NCBI GenBank assembly: GCA_051294375.1
Contig: CM119268.1
Location: 17,699,562-17,763,495 of the forward strand
Source of the DNA: Paraspadella gotoi
Taxonomy: Eukaryota; Animalia; Chaetognatha
Direction of reading: 5' to 3'
Length of the DNA stretch: 63,934 nt
The position numbers and the translations under genes were made by a program. The first letter of the stretch is position 1. Each line of letters opens with the position of its first letter. The notes under the pieces are model-generated. The model was not told the origin of the DNA, did not search any database, and worked only from the letters and a program-made list of their open reading frames with translations. This document shows positions 1-15,087 of the stretch, one piece after another.

Positions 1-1841
1 CAGTCTCTGTCCGGTCGATCGGTCAATCGGTCGATTGGATCAGATTCTGGCCCGTCTCCGTTCGCGTCTCGGCCTTTTTCTTCTTTCAGAACTGGTCAAA
101 CTTCGACCCTTTGATCTTAAATTTAACCGTTGGTAATTAAGTCACGACCGTCTAAATTTTATACAGTACTACTAGATGTACTAGGTATGTTTTTTTCTCA
201 TGTCCCTTCCCTTTTTTTTACACATCCCTTTCCTTCTCCTCTCCTTTCCTCCATCCCCTATTTTCTTTCCTCCTTCCTCCTGTTCCNNNNNNNNNNNNNN
301 NNNNNNNNNNNTCCGCCGTTTCTTTCCTCCAACGGAAACGTTTCGTATTTTGAGTTAATCTCTCTCTTTCTCTCTCTTTTCCTTTTTCATCGACGGAGGG
401 AAAAGAGGAAGGGCGGGAAAAGAAGAAAAAAAAAGAGAAAAAGGAGACCGGATATCAATATTTATCCCGTGTTTTGTGTCAGAGGGTACAAAGGGAAGAA
501 AGGAGAGAAGAAAAAGAGAAGAAAGGAAATAAAGAAAGGAGGCGGGAGGCCCGTTCAAAGAAGCAAGAAAAAAAATAGAAGACGCTGATCCGGCTTCCGC
601 AGCTTGGCGGCGTCGGCGGCGACGTCGGCGTTGGCGGCGTCGTTTTATATAATCCTCCCTGTCACTTTGACGCGGATCCGCGGCGTCGGCGGCGGCGGCG
701 CTGTCGCGGAGGCGTCAAGACGCGTCACCCCGTAACGCGACAATCTCGAAAGCGTCTGTATCGATGATCTTTTTTTTTTGTTCGACGAAAATTGAAACTT
801 GGTTTAAGAAAAAAAGGAGATGAAGCAGAGGAATTTGGAAAAAAAAAGCGAACCGAAATAAGAAACGAACTTGGTACTTTCTTTTTTTTTTTGGTTTTTG
901 ATATTTTTGGCGTTTAAACCCACTTTATAGTACTGACGGTGGTGTCTGGAAACGCACTTTCGTCCCAAGGAACTATTTATTATTATTAATATTGATAAAG
1001 TATGGATATTGATAAACTATTACCTCATGAAAAAAATCAATGACTGCGACCGTCTCACTGACTACCTGAGAGACAGCCACTGTGAGTCTTGACCCTCTCC
1101 TTGCCTGCCACAGTGGCTCTCTACCTGGTTGCACTTGAAAATTCCACAGTGAATCTAATTTTCAGCCACAAAGGCGGTCTTTTTGTCAGATGCAGCGACA
1201 GCCGCAGCGTTCCACTCCCGCCACTCTCTCGATATCCACGACGCCTCCTCGGAAATGGAGTCGACGAGGTGACGGTTTTGACGCCGAAGTCTCGCGACGA
1301 AAGAGACGCGGGATCCGAGCGCAGAAATTTCTCAAGATGTTTACGGCATTGGACGAAGCATCAGTGCGGCATCGGTGCATGGGCACGATATCGGTGCGAT
1401 ACTGGCTAAACAGCTTGATATAAAGAATTTATTTCTCGTCACCTATATACTAAACCGACAAGATGGAACCCCGGTTTCAAGGGCAATTCCTGCTGCATCG
1501 ATGCCGCAATACGAGCTAGCCTAGCTGCAGCATGTGTAAGATATCGACGTTGCACCGTCTCGCGCGGCGTCGTCGCCCGCTGCGTCGGAAGTTGAGCTGC
1601 GGTAACAAGATAGATTGCTTCGCTTTGAGGCCGGTTGGCGGCGTCGGCGTCGGCGGCGGCGGTGGCGGCGGTGGCGGCGGTGTGGCAGCGGCGGCCTCTC
1701 CGTATCCGTTTCCCCATTTCCAGGGTCAAAGACTTTTTTCAAAGTCATTTCGCTCCCCGGTTCCGAAAGCGATCGATCATGCGAAGTCGCCGTCACGTGA
1801 CTGGAAAGACAGAGAGAGAGAGAGAGAGAGAAGAGAGAGAG

Positions 1842-1907
<66 letters not shown>

Positions 1908-4900
1908 GTCACGCCCGCGTCAGTACGGTTACCGGCAGGTTCCACTCTTTGGTGAATAGGATTATAGATGGATGCACTTTTACACGCTTATAAAAATATA
2001 TTTTTTGGTTTACTAGTAAACTTTGTATTCGTTGACTTATGATATAAGTTGATTTGTTTTTTTATATATAAATAACTAGAGTGACCGCTGTTGGTTAGTT
2101 CTCGGTCAGAAAATGACGAAAAAAGAATAATTATTTTGTAAATAGCGTTCTGCATCTCAGTGACTAAAAATAAGGAAAGTCGACTCTCCGCTTTTAACTA
2201 TGTATTTTCTTTCCATCTTTCTGACTTTTTAGTTGTGTTCGTCTTTCTGTCTTTTTGTCTTAGTCTCTTATATCATCCTTGTGCAATTTTTTTTTCATTC
2301 GTATTCATGTTTGTACTTCTTCCCTTTTTTTCCTCCTTTTTATTCTCTTATTCGAAAGACGTGACATTTGTTCGTTTTCCTGCAATGTAAGTCAGATATC
2401 GATTCTCCAGTTATAAAGGATCAACAAACGCGAATCTTGCACAAAATCGCGTCGCTATTTGAAAAAAAATGCGTTGATAAAGATCGCGACATGCATTTTT
2501 AAATGGTTAATTATTCATTGTAATTTAAAACTGATGTTTAATGTTTAATTTAACCTTTGAGTTATTGACTATTGCTCTTTTTTTCGCTGCTCTATAGTAA
2601 AAAAAAAAAGAAAAAAAAAGAAAAAAATTAAAATTAAAACCTCTTCTTCTGTTTTCTCTCTCCTTTGATTGTCTCTAACCAAATAGCCCTGTATCCTTAT
2701 TTAAATCGTTTCCAACTGCCTCCTTTTCTTCTGCGAGTCCCACGCAAATAAAAGCCCGCGGCAAGGAAGAGCGCGATCAAAACAATAACCACAACAACAA
2801 AATGTAAGCAGTGAATTGAATCTTAATGGTTATACAACTTGCAACTTTTCCTGAGCACCTCATCAATATTTTTCATTAAATCTAGCATTTCTTTCGTATT
2901 AAATTATACACGGAGACCAAAAGTGAGAAAGACTTAAACGATATTATTAACGAGAACGAGTGTAAAAAAGAGGGATAGCTAGAGAGAGAGAGAGAAAGAA
3001 GAAAAGAGGAAAGATCATGGAAATAAGTCAGATAAATCAAAGGTTTTTTCTTTTCTTTCGTCGAGTTTCACAACAAAAAAAGAAAGTCCTATATCGAGAG
3101 GAGAGCAGAGGGAGAGAGAGAAGAGAGAGAGCAGACGAAGAGAGAGAGAGAAGAAGGTAAGAGTACAGGTTATGGAGGATCATGCAGAGGATAGAGAGAG
3201 GGAGAGAAAAGTATGACAGGATGAGAGAGAGAGAGAGAAGGAGGATAGATGAGAGGGAAATGAGCAGAAAAAAAAAGGAGAAGAGGAGGCGAGGAGGGTG
3301 GAGATGTGGTAGAGAGGAAAGTCCCATAGCAGCGAGAGAGTAAATTGTAGGGGGGGAAAGAGGAGGTGAGGAGGGATGAAAGTTATGAGAAGAGAGGAGA
3401 CGAGGAGAAGCAGCGAGGGAGAGAGTCTGGATTTGAGAACGAGAATTAGAGAGAGAGAGAGATAGACAGCGAGAAGAGAGAGAGAGGAGAAGAGAGAGAG
3501 AGAGAGGAGAGAGAGAAACGATTTAGATGAGATATCGTAGAGATGTTAGAAGGAAGAGAGAGAGAGGAGAGAGAAACTTGTTCTAATAGTTTGTAAGGAA
3601 AATTCCGTGAAGAATAGGTCAGAGTTACCAGGGATGAAACAAGCGTTCAGGAATGATACGAAAGAATCAATTAATCGATTTTTAAATTGATGAAAAATAT
3701 CAATAAATTACAATGCTTCTTTAAAACGAATCAAAGATTAGTTTTTTAACTATTTTTTAGATTTAAATTTAAAACTAAAAGATCATGTTTTTTTTTAAAA
3801 ATTTAAAAAAAGAGCTTATCCTGTATACTTCTTTTGAGATCTTGTAGAACATTCTTAGGGAGGCAATAATCGCAGATCTCTTCGAAAAGGTAGACCGGAA
3901 GAAAGGAGAGATCGCTACGGATTAACAGATCACGATTACTTATTGATAATTTAATGATACACAAACACACGAAGAGACACACTCGCACACCCACAACACC
4001 TACACTGTCTAAACAACGGCAACGATACTCATGCCTCCTCACGCGATGCCGGAAATCCATTTGAAATTCTGTAACCGAGAAAACATTAGAATGATTATGT
4101 TTACCAGCGAATCGTATCTTGTTACAAACGGACCGTGAAATTGGTGGCGGCGATATTCCGAAGGTTGTTAAAAAATTACACTCATACTGATCATTCTATA
4201 TCATCTATAATCGTCTTCCAAATAGATTTTACATTATATTACAAGTATATATACATTATACATAGTTACTATGCGTATACTCTGAGTGTGGAAATATAGA
4301 GATTAGAGAGAGAGAGAACGAGAGGAGAGAAGAGAGAGAGAGAGGAGGAGAGAGAGAAGAGGGGAGAGAGAGAGAGAAGAGAGAGAGAGAGAAGAAGAGA
4401 GAGAGAAAAATTGACCTTCTATTCTTGCGTAAACATTCGGCATTTTCAAATTTAGTCTGGAAACCTGTATTTAAAGATTTAACTTTTTCGCTTTCGTTCA
4501 GCAACTTGAGAAAGCGAATTAACTTTTTTCCTATTCCTGATTAAAAGTTTGAAGAGAAGAGAAATACAAATTTCAAAATTATGCTATGAGCAATATTATT
4601 CATAGAAAGAAAAGTTTTTTTAAAGGCCTTTTTAATTATCTCGTGAAAATGAGTTATAAGAAATTTGTACAGACTTTCAAAAAGTTGTCAGGTCCTTCTC
4701 GAAGAATCTTTTTTTGACTTTTCCGCCTTCAAATCTTCGGCCTCCGATATTTTAATCTGTTTTATCTTACATTACAACTTAACAATACAAACTGTCCGAG
4801 ACCTTGCCGATTACTACCAGCGGTTTTAATCCAATGATTTTTTTCTTTTAAATAAAACGTTTTTATCGAAAACCTCTAGGTTTCCTCATCAATTGACATC

Positions 4901-5773
4901 AAGCGTTTTTAAAGAAGATGTTGAAGGATGAAAACGACGACGACGACGACGCTGATGTTATAATGATCGATTATTTATGATTGATGAATGAAGAGCGGAA
5001 GATTATTATAAACCGATTATAGATCTTATTATGTCATAAGAAATTAAATAAAAGGACGTTTATCTCATAGGTACAAACAAACCATAAAACCGGGACGACG
5101 AACGTCGTTACGTATGATTCATGACGATGGCGGACGAAACGGAACGACTGACGATCGATAACGTTCTAAGCTTTGCGTTACGAATTTTAATTCTGTGAAT
5201 TCATTTGCTGCATTTACGCCTGAAGGTAGCCAGGATGGCGACGGTGATGATGAGGACGACGGTGAATCACGACTGATATGCGCCATCTAAGCGTGCTAAG
5301 GGCATCGGCTCAAATAGGAGGAGAGAGTGAGCGGAAAGAGGAGACGAGAGAGAGAGAGAGAGAGCAGAGAGATGGGAGGATGAGGATGAGGAGAGAGAGA
5401 TGAGAGGAGAGAGAGACTCCGTTTTGCTTCGAGTTCGACCGAGAATAAGCATTTTGTGGTGGCTGCTGTTGTTGTCCGTCGTCGTCGTTTTCGTTCGTTG
5501 TCGTCGTCGTCGTCGTTTGTCGTCTCCTGGCGCCGTTTCCCCTTTCTTTATTTTGTCTTGAAGAAAAAAAAGAATAAATAAAGAGGCATTGACTCGGCTT
5601 CTCTTTTCTTTCTTCCCCTAATCACATTAACTCATAATATCCATCTCGTGAATAAACATTTCTCTCTCTACTCTTCTCTCTCTCTTCTCTCTCTCTCTCT
5701 CTCTCTCTCTCCAGTTCTCCATCTCGATCGGTTCTCTCTCTCTCTTTCTCCTCTCTCTCTCTCTCTCTCTCTC

Positions 5774-5807
<34 letters not shown>

Positions 5808-5968
5808 NNNNNNNNNNNNNNNNNNNNNNNNNAGATGTCATTTATGCATTTAACGTGCAACCCAATGCAGTACACTGGGACGCAGAGCAAGACGAGATTC
5901 TAAAAGGTTGATTAAATGTGTTATTTTAAAAACTCGGTTTTTTTTTGTGTTTTTTTAAATTAAATTTA

Positions 5969-6062
5969 TACAACCAATATAAAAATTATCCATTCATTTA
6001 ATGAATAACCTATCTTGCCCAGACTTTATAGAGACTTTGGTGGTTTAAGGCCTCCATCACTC
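5969..6062 (+). repeat. Dispersed repeat, copy 1 (copy 2 at 21485-21579)
   Basis: tacaaccaatataaaaattatccattc...ctttggtggtttaaggcctc.atcactc is shared, with substitutions. Confidence 0.85.
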
Positions 6063-7176
6063 GTTTTCGATGCGCGAGGGGATGAGAACTTCTTGCCTTC
6101 GTTAGGGTTAGGTTCATCGATGCACCAAAACAAACCATGACAAAACAAACCTAAACAAAACAAATATTCCAAAATAATTTAAATAACTACATAAAAAATA
6201 AAATATCTAAAAAGTTAATTCGTTTTCACGTATGTAAACTGATTTAAGAGAAGGCTATGCATATCTTTTTACAGTAAAAGTAAAAAAGAAAGGAAACGCG
6301 CATGCCAGGTAGCAAAAAAAAAAAAAAAAAAATCAAGACTTCGATTTTTGGGCGAAGAAATTTAAGAATCGGAGAAAAAAAGAAAAGCAAGGGGCGTTTT
6401 CCCTGAATGCGTTTTCGAGTCAAATTTCGTCCGCTTTATTGTCATTAATGTCATTGCAATTAGTCTCATTGAGAGTTAAATTGTTATTATTTTGTTTGTC
6501 GCTATTATCTTAACCCCGTCGCGAAAAAAAAAGGTGAAACGTGGATCCAATCTTCCTACGCGAAATTCTTTTGTCGTTTAAAACTGGATACGTCATCAAT
6601 AGGAGTAGTAGTAGTCGTCGTCGTCGTCATCGTCGTCGTCGTCGTCTTCGTCGTCGTCGTCGTCGTCAGAACTCCAAAACTGGTCTTTCAAGTTTCTAAC
6701 AGAAAATCGCGCACGGCTTTACTCTTCTAAGATATCGGCGAAATTTCGGACGACGGCAACGACAATTACAACAAATGACCAACTCAAAGCAAAAAGACAA
6801 TATCAAGAACTACACTACACTACTACTATAAAGACATAACATACCCTAAATGGTGATAAAACTTGCTACAAAGCACAACGATAGCGACTTTTAAACAAAT
6901 TGTTACTCCGACGACGACGATGACTTAATTCTTCCCGAGTCATCGTCCTGACTCGAAGCCGGTTTTTCCGCGTCTTCGCAGCTGCTCGCCCTTTTCTTCC
7001 AGCATGCCCGAACGTTTTCCCGGCTCTGCCCGATCCTTACCTTTCGGGCCAGCCTCGCCAATTTTCCGCCCGAGCCTCACCCTTTCCTTCGTCCCGCCCT
7101 TTTCTTTTATTCTGCTGTGGTCGACCCTGTCTTCGGTCCTACAGTCCACCCATAAAAGGCGGTCACGCCCTTGCAT

Positions 7177-7301
<125 letters not shown>

Positions 7302-8112
7302 AATTCGTAATTCGCCGAAAATTTCCTTTTATGAAACTTACTTGAAACCTGAAACTTTTCTATTATTTTCTTAAGTAAAACTAATATTGACTCATCACTA
7401 CATCACTAACTAATATTGACTCATCACTACATAACTTTACCTTTTATTCATTTTTTTATTTAATCTTTCTTCCCATACGTCATTCACATTCTCGCCTTCG
7501 ATTCAATTGACTCGCAAATATTTCGACCAACTTGAAATAATTCCAGCGATTGTGAACAATTTCCTATTTCACTTTATTCTCTGTTCTCCTTTCTTCTCTG
7601 CATTTCATAATAAAAAATAAATAAAATTAAATAAAAAAACGACACAAACGGAAACTACCAAAAAAAAACCCCACTTTTTATTTCCAATAATAAACAGCTT
7701 TTGATGGTCTTGTTCGGAAATCGTTAGGCTGAACTTCAATAATTTGCATTTAAATTGTTTAAAGTGTTAAAAAAAAGTACAACTTTCTTCACCTCAACTT
7801 TTTACCGAACCGAAGTATTTCAACCACTTTCGCCTCCTCCTCCTCATCCTCTTCCTCTTCCTCCTCATTCTCCTCCTCTGTAGTAACTCGTCAAACGCGA
7901 TTGGAAAACGTAAACAACTTTAGATTTCGAAACTTATTCTCGGAAAGAAAGAAAAAAAATCCTTAAAAATTGTCGAACCGAAAAAAAGACAAAATTTGAG
8001 AAAAGAAAGAAAATCGTTTCTGACCCAAGATTTGGTTCCCTTAATCTGGGATGTGGAGAACGAGTTGGCGTTTACTTGTTTTCGAATGAAAAGACTTAAG
8101 CTTTATTTAAAT

Positions 8113-8228
<116 letters not shown>

Positions 8229-11082
8229 TTTCTATCTCTTTTTTTCTCTGTAATTGTCTTTTTTTCTACCCTCTTTCTCACTCCTTATCTTTTTCTCTAT
8301 TTCAAACTATGTCTTTATACTTAGCTGAGCCATGACATGGTTATTTAATAATTTGATTTTTCTTTTCTTTTCCCTCAGAACTTCTCCCCATCAGGAAGGA
8401 CGCCGAAAATAATTAAGGAAAACTAATTTTGTGGAAATAAACTTTTAGGATTAAATTTTTTCCGCAAAATCACCGTGAAAACAAAATATAAACGGCGAAT
8501 TAACCTATATATACAAGGAAGAATACAATAATAATCGCGTCTTGATTTTCGTTCGTTCAAGGAAACTCAATGAAAATTATTATTATTAATAATAACAGCA
8601 ATTAAGATATATTTAAAAACATCGTGAAATAATTTAGCAACGTGAGAAACAAGGGAAGAGGCTTTCTTCTTATACTTATATATTAAAGCCGCTTCCCTCA
8701 GCGATTTACGGATTATATTACTCAATATAAAACTCCCATCTCTCGCAAAAAGTGCAAAAAAAAACCCATAAAAACAACGACATTAGAATAAAAACGAACG
8801 GAATTAATTATTATAAAAAAAAGGCATTGAAATTATATTCTTACCCCTTCCTTCCACACGTTTACTAATACAGATAATATTAATTTATTGCAAACACGAA
8901 AGTACCAAAACTGTGATTTGGAATCCGAAAACAAAAGTCTTTTGTTTTTAATCACAAAAAAAATAATTAAAAGAACAAAAAAAAAATTTCATCTTCCAAA
9001 CTCACCTCAGTAAACGAAACTCCTCCCCTTCTACCGGTTTTCATTTAATGTCTCTCTCTCGCTCTCTCTTTCTGCGCGACGATAAATAAATGAACAAAAA
9101 TATATTCAACAAAAAAAAATAATAACATCGAAAGTAAATATTCTTCGTCTTCGACGTTACCAAAAAAAAGTCAATTTCCGCCCACCCTCTCTCTCTCTCT
9201 CTCTCTCTTTCGTTTTCTCTCTCTTTATCGTTGAAGAAATTCAAACCGAACAAAGGTTTTGAAAAAGCCTCAGAGGTAAATCAAGGGCGTCTAATATTGG
9301 GGGTGGAGAGAGAGAGAGAGNNNNNNNNNNAGAGAGAGAGAGAGAGAGAGAGAGACTTCCTTCCTTGTTATGGTTGACAACAAAGTTATAATTGTTAAGT
9401 TTATATTCACCCGGGAATGGAATGAACACCTGTTGGAGAGGACGAGGTTAAGCTATTTTTTTAGTCACAAAGTATAAATCATGTTTCACGTATTAATTTC
9501 TCATTCAGCGGTGACACTTGTAAAGTTGGTCTCTTTGTGATGTTTTTTTTACTGTCGTTTTTTCTTCTTTTTTTTTCCTTTTTCTGAACCGGTGAAAATA
9601 TTCTGAAGAGGTGGAGAATGAACGCGATGTAGGAGAGAGAGATAGAGAGACAGACAGACAGACAGACAGAGAGCGCTAACCCAATTATCTATGTTTTTTT
9701 CTTTTCCTTTTTTTTTTTCTTACAGAGTATGTGTCGGTTTTTCTTTCAGCCCCGTTGTTGTTCTTCTACTTTTAATTCTTCCCGATTCGTTGGCAATTTT
9801 TCGACATTTACTTCGATTCGTTTCATCGACGCGACTCATCGTTGTAAATTTTTAGTCTTTGTAGTTTTTATTTTGAATGTCGTCTCTGTCTCCCTTGGAG
9901 ACAATGAGGGAGCTCCTTTCCGTCGACGCTTTCGAACAGTCGCTTTCTTAGTTCATCTCAGGTTATTTACCTTCGCTGTTTACGGTCGCTAAAACTAATC
10001 GAATTAAATTAAAGTTTGATACCGAAGATTTGAAAACAAAAGATCTCACAGTTATATTGACTGAAAATGCTCACCTCTCGGAATCTCGGGCTTAACTCGT
10101 TTTTTTTTTTCCTAATTAACGTACTCAATTTAACTAACTTAGTACCGGCGTATTTTACTGATCTTTCTTGTTTTTTTACTGCGGATTTTGCTCGTTAATA
10201 TTTATTGATATAATTTTATTCTGAGAAAATCTACTTCTCATTTTTTTCAAATCGCTTAATTTCTTTCCCGGATATTAATTAAAAATTAACCTCTCATGAA
10301 CAAAAAAAGTGAATTAGAGTGAGAACTTTTCCTTCCGTCGTTTTTTTAAATTTTTATTTCGTCACTTCTCATTCGATTTCTTTTCTTTTTTTTTTTAAGT
10401 CAACAAAGAAGATCTCTTTTAATTTTGATGGCTGAGTTCGCCAAAGAGGCCGACGCCCTTTACAGTGAACCAAAAAAAAAGTCCAGTCCTCACTGTAGAA
10501 AAAACCTCGGCGACTTTTTATTTGGTTGAGTTGACTGAAACAAAAACGGAACACGTGGATTCGTTAATTGTTTATTCTTTGAACAATCAAAATTCAGACT
10601 TTTTTTTTTAGCTGTTTTTGTTTTCGAAACTTATCGCAATCTTGATTGAGTATGAGAAATAAAAATATTCAGGAGGATCGGCGTCGTCATCTTCGTCGTC
10701 ATATTCGTCGTCATCATCGTCGTCATCTTCGTCGTCATCATCGTCGTTATCTTCGTCGTCATCATAATCATCATCATCATCGTCATCATCTCGATCAACG
10801 CCATTATTTTCGACGTCACAACACAATCACTTTTCTTTCTTCCTCTTTTTTTTAAACACAAATACCTTTTTCGCGTTGTCGTCGACCGTCGTCGTGGTTG
10901 TCGTCGCTGTCGTCGTCGTTGTTGTCGTCGCCGTCGTCATTTTCTGCATTCTTTTTTCGTTTCTCCCCTCATCACTCCCGCGCTGCGATTGTGAACTTTT
11001 TCTTGTGAACTTTTCCTTCACCGTTTTTCGTCGATGACTTTGATTACGCGTTTTTTCCCTACTCTTCTCGGTTTTCCCCAGG

Positions 11083-11165
<83 letters not shown>

Positions 11166-12118
11166 CTCTCTCCTCTCTCTCTCACCTGTTTGCCGTTTCG
11201 CAGCCCAACCCCAACCTTGATTCACTGAATTTTCGCCGCTGATTATTTTTTTTGTTTCTTCAGTGAAAGAAAAATCGTTTTTCGTTTTCGCTAAATCGTT
11301 TAAAAATTGAGTCCGCGCGGGACCGTTGGGAAAGAGGAAGGACTTTTTCTCTTCAGATTGGATGTGATATTATCGGGCATTCGGTGCAACGGGACAATGT
11401 CTCTGAGAAATAATTAACTACTTTTTTATTAATATATATAAAATTGGTTACATCTCGTCAGTTTTTTGGATTCATTTGTCGTTAATGTTCATCGTTTTCG
11501 GTGATTTTCTCTCTTTTTTGGTGAAAGAGCTGTGGGAAGCCATTTCCTCAATAAACTCTAGTAAATTCTTTGAAAAAAATATTATTAATGATGCCTATTT
11601 AAATTTATTGTCTTTTTTCTCTTAGATACTGACATAGATAGAAAAAAGAGAACGAGAGATTATCGTTTATGGATTCGCCAATTAAAAATAAACACAGTAA
11701 CAAAAAAAATTAAGAAAAACCCCCAAAAAATTTAAATTCGGTTTAAATTAAGTTTGGGTACAACATTTATTTTTTCTTTGTCAATTTTTTAGTGGATTCT
11801 TCTGTCCAGTGATCGGAGACAGTCTGCTTTCACTGAAAGACACACGAACCCAGTATCCACGGTTCATTGCAATCGGGGCGGTCCAGAAAAATATTAAATT
11901 GTCACTTTGTTTAAGGCTTTTGCTGTCATTGTAAATATAACCGTAGTTTCTATAAAAGCGTTTTATTTTTTTATTTATTTGTATTTTTGTATATTTGTAT
12001 ATTTTTAATATATTTGTATACAAAAAATGGGCTTTATAAAATTAAAATTGTTCTCATTTTATTCCGCGAGATTTCCAATTCGCTCCTCTGCCTCTCTCTC
12101 TTTAGCAGAGAAAGAAAT

Positions 12119-12254
<136 letters not shown>

Positions 12255-12726
12255 GTTTTGCCTTTTAACGAAGGTATAACAGGTGTTGAGACATTTTGGC
12301 TCCACGGGTCCCCGGGTAGTTTGCTGCTTTTTGGTGCATCGTTTCTCGTTCGTTCATATTTTTGTTTATTTCTTCGTAAATTCCTCACTAAATTTATTCA
12401 TTCATTCCTTCGTTCATTTCTTCGTTTCTGTTTTGTTTTTTCACTTTTTTGGTTAATTTTCTTTAATTTCTTTTTTATTCAAGATTTTTTTAAAACTTTC
12501 ATAATTTTTTTTCGATTCTCTCACATCCGCATTCTTGTAGTAATTTTCTTTATTCTTTCTTATTTTTTTCTTTTTTTTTCCTTTGCACTTCCCTTCTCCA
12601 ACTTTTTTTTTGTCTATTTCTTGATATCTCCCTCTCTATCTCTCCCTCGATTAAAGCCACTTTTCTATTCAGTACCATTTCTGTCTTTGGATTCATCCAA
12701 AGTTATCTCGAGGAATCTCAATTTCT

Positions 12727-12845
<119 letters not shown>

Positions 12846-13198
12846 AGCGCTCCTAAGAATTGTGAGGAGGAGATGAAGGAAATGGAAGAAGAGAGGATGA
12901 GGTGAAGGAGGAGGAAGAAGAAGAAGAAGAAGAAGAAGAAGAGGAGGAGGAGTAGGAGAAAGAAGAAGAGGAGGAGAAGAAAGCAAGGAAAGGATGTAGG
13001 ATGTATTTTTGAAACCTGTTGGAATTTGCGCCTTTGGGTTCGACTTTTTAAAAGTCTAAAAAATGAAACGAGATTAGAGACGAGTGAAAAAAGAGATTGA
13101 GAGAGAGAGAGATAAAGAGAGAGAGAGGCTACATTTGAAAATTAAAAACTGTTCAAGAGATGACATTTTTAACAACAACTTTTAACTTTTCGTTTCAG

Positions 13199-13443
13199 GG
13201 CTTAAAATAACAGACTTCGTCTTCCAAACACTCAGCGTCCGTCGCCTCGGACCAAAAAAACTTCTTGGATTAAAAATTAAAAACAAAACAGAGGAAACAA
13301 AATAGCAACAACGACCATCGCATGTTTTGACGAGCGGCCTTTAGTTTTGTTATCCCGATGTGAATAACATCAAAAGAAAACAAAATTAAAATAACGTCAA
13401 CAACAACAACAACAAAAAACTCAGAGTCGTCGGCGTCGTTGTT
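13199..13443 (+). other. shep: 5'UTR portion of the first coding exon
   Basis: Acceptor ttttaacttttcgtttcag ends at 13198. An in-frame TAA at 13387 precedes ATG 13444, which implies further non-coding exon(s) upstream. Confidence 0.55.
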
Positions 13444-13477
13444 ATGCCTGTTGTGACCGGACAAGCCCCTCTCACCG
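13444..13477 (+). CDS. shep: shep/RBMS first coding exon (MPVVTGQAPLT+g)
   Basis: ATG 13444 and donor G|GTAAGA at 13478 in phase 1, matching the phase-1 start of exon 17309 (g+ct = Ala). Confidence 0.65.
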
Positions 13478-13654
13478 GTAAGAACTATCGAGGATTTGAC
13501 AGACGGACAGACAGATAAAGTAAGAGAGGGAAAGCTCTCTTCCGCCCACTCTAGTTAAGTATTCTCCTTTCCTTTGGAGCTCAACGACAGAAGAAATAAT
13601 TGAAATAATAATTTTTTCCGCCATCAACTTTTTTTGTACTCATATTAGTTCCGG

Positions 13655-13687
<33 letters not shown>

Positions 13688-13719
13688 NNNNNNNNNNNNN
13701 NNNNNNNNNNNNATTATTT

Positions 13720-14594
13720 AACAAGAGACGATAGAAGAGAAGAGGAAGATGGCGAAAGGAAGAAGAAAAAGGAGGAAGGAAAGGAGGAAGGAAAGGAGGA
13801 AGGAAAGGGAAGGAAAGGAGGAAGGAAAGGAGGAAGGATGAAAATGGGAAAGAGCTTCTTTAAAAATCTCCTCATTCCGTGTAGACCGATCTTCACGTTT
13901 TGATTCTTAACGATCCAGTTTCTTTCAATTTTTATTTTTTTTTTATTTGTGCAGAAATCGATACTCATGAAATGATTTATGCTCCAAGTCCTGGAAAATA
14001 TTTACAGGCGTTTAAAAAAAACTTTTAAAAAATATAAAAATAAGACATTAAAACTTGCTCTTTTTAAAGGGGGAGGTAGAGTTCCTAACCCAATTTTATT
14101 ATTTTTTTTTTTTTTTGAGACATTCAAACTTTTTTTACCCCAAAATATCTTTTCGGGGGAAAAAGGTCAAAACGAATCTTTTTTATATCAAGAATTGAAA
14201 AAAAAAATTCATTTCTTCCAGGTCAAAAACTCCAAGTGAGAAGTCGGGGGGAAAAAAAGAAATTTCGATTTTTTTTACTTTTTTAAAATTTTTTTTCGGC
14301 TTTTGTTTAGCGGTATCGTGGGAAAAACTGGAAATAATATTTAAATTTTAAACTTTTTTAAGAAATTTTCAAATTTCTTGGCTCTTTACTGGTTCGAAGA
14401 TGTCGGACAACTTAAGAACAAAAATAAAATCAAATTAAACGCGATTGTAATGCGAGTGAAAAGAGGTAGACTTTTTATCTCTCTCTCTCCATCTCTCTCT
14501 CCTTTCTCTCTCGCTCGCCATTTCATTGCTCTCTTCTTCTGTTTATTCCTTCTTCTTACGAACGTGAAAGGAATAATAAAACGCTCATTATCTT

Positions 14595-14679
<85 letters not shown>

Positions 14680-15032
14680 TCTCTCTTGCCTCTTTTCCTT
14701 CTTTTTTCCGCTGATGCGGAATACAAAATAATAATAAAACAAATAAAAGAGCAAAAATTTGAAGAATTATCGTAAAAAACGTGTTTTTTTTCCTTTTTGG
14801 CGAAATAAAAGGGAAAATACCAAAATTTGTTCTTTGGACTAAAGGAGGTATGGGTCTGGAAACGGGAATAAATGCAGGGAATAATAATTAATAATTCAGC
14901 TGAAAAGAAAACGGAGAGAAAGAGGAGAGACAGAGAGAGAGAGAGGACGAGAGAGAAGAGGAAGAGAGAGAGAGAGAGAGAGAGGAAGAGAGAAACTAAC
15001 TTAGTGTGAGGTCCTCTCCAGAACAAAGTCTA

Positions 15033-15087
<55 letters not shown>

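Noticed and set aside
2975-3575. Irregular purine-rich block (also 41520-42820 and 61590-61900) as a novel repeat type
   Set aside because: It looks like error-rich long-read rendering of (GA)n/(CT)n-rich sequence.
8355-9730. Isolated acceptor-like sites (8378, 9725) as upstream UTR exons
   Set aside because: I could not pair them with donors or other support. U-rich AG sites are common by chance here.
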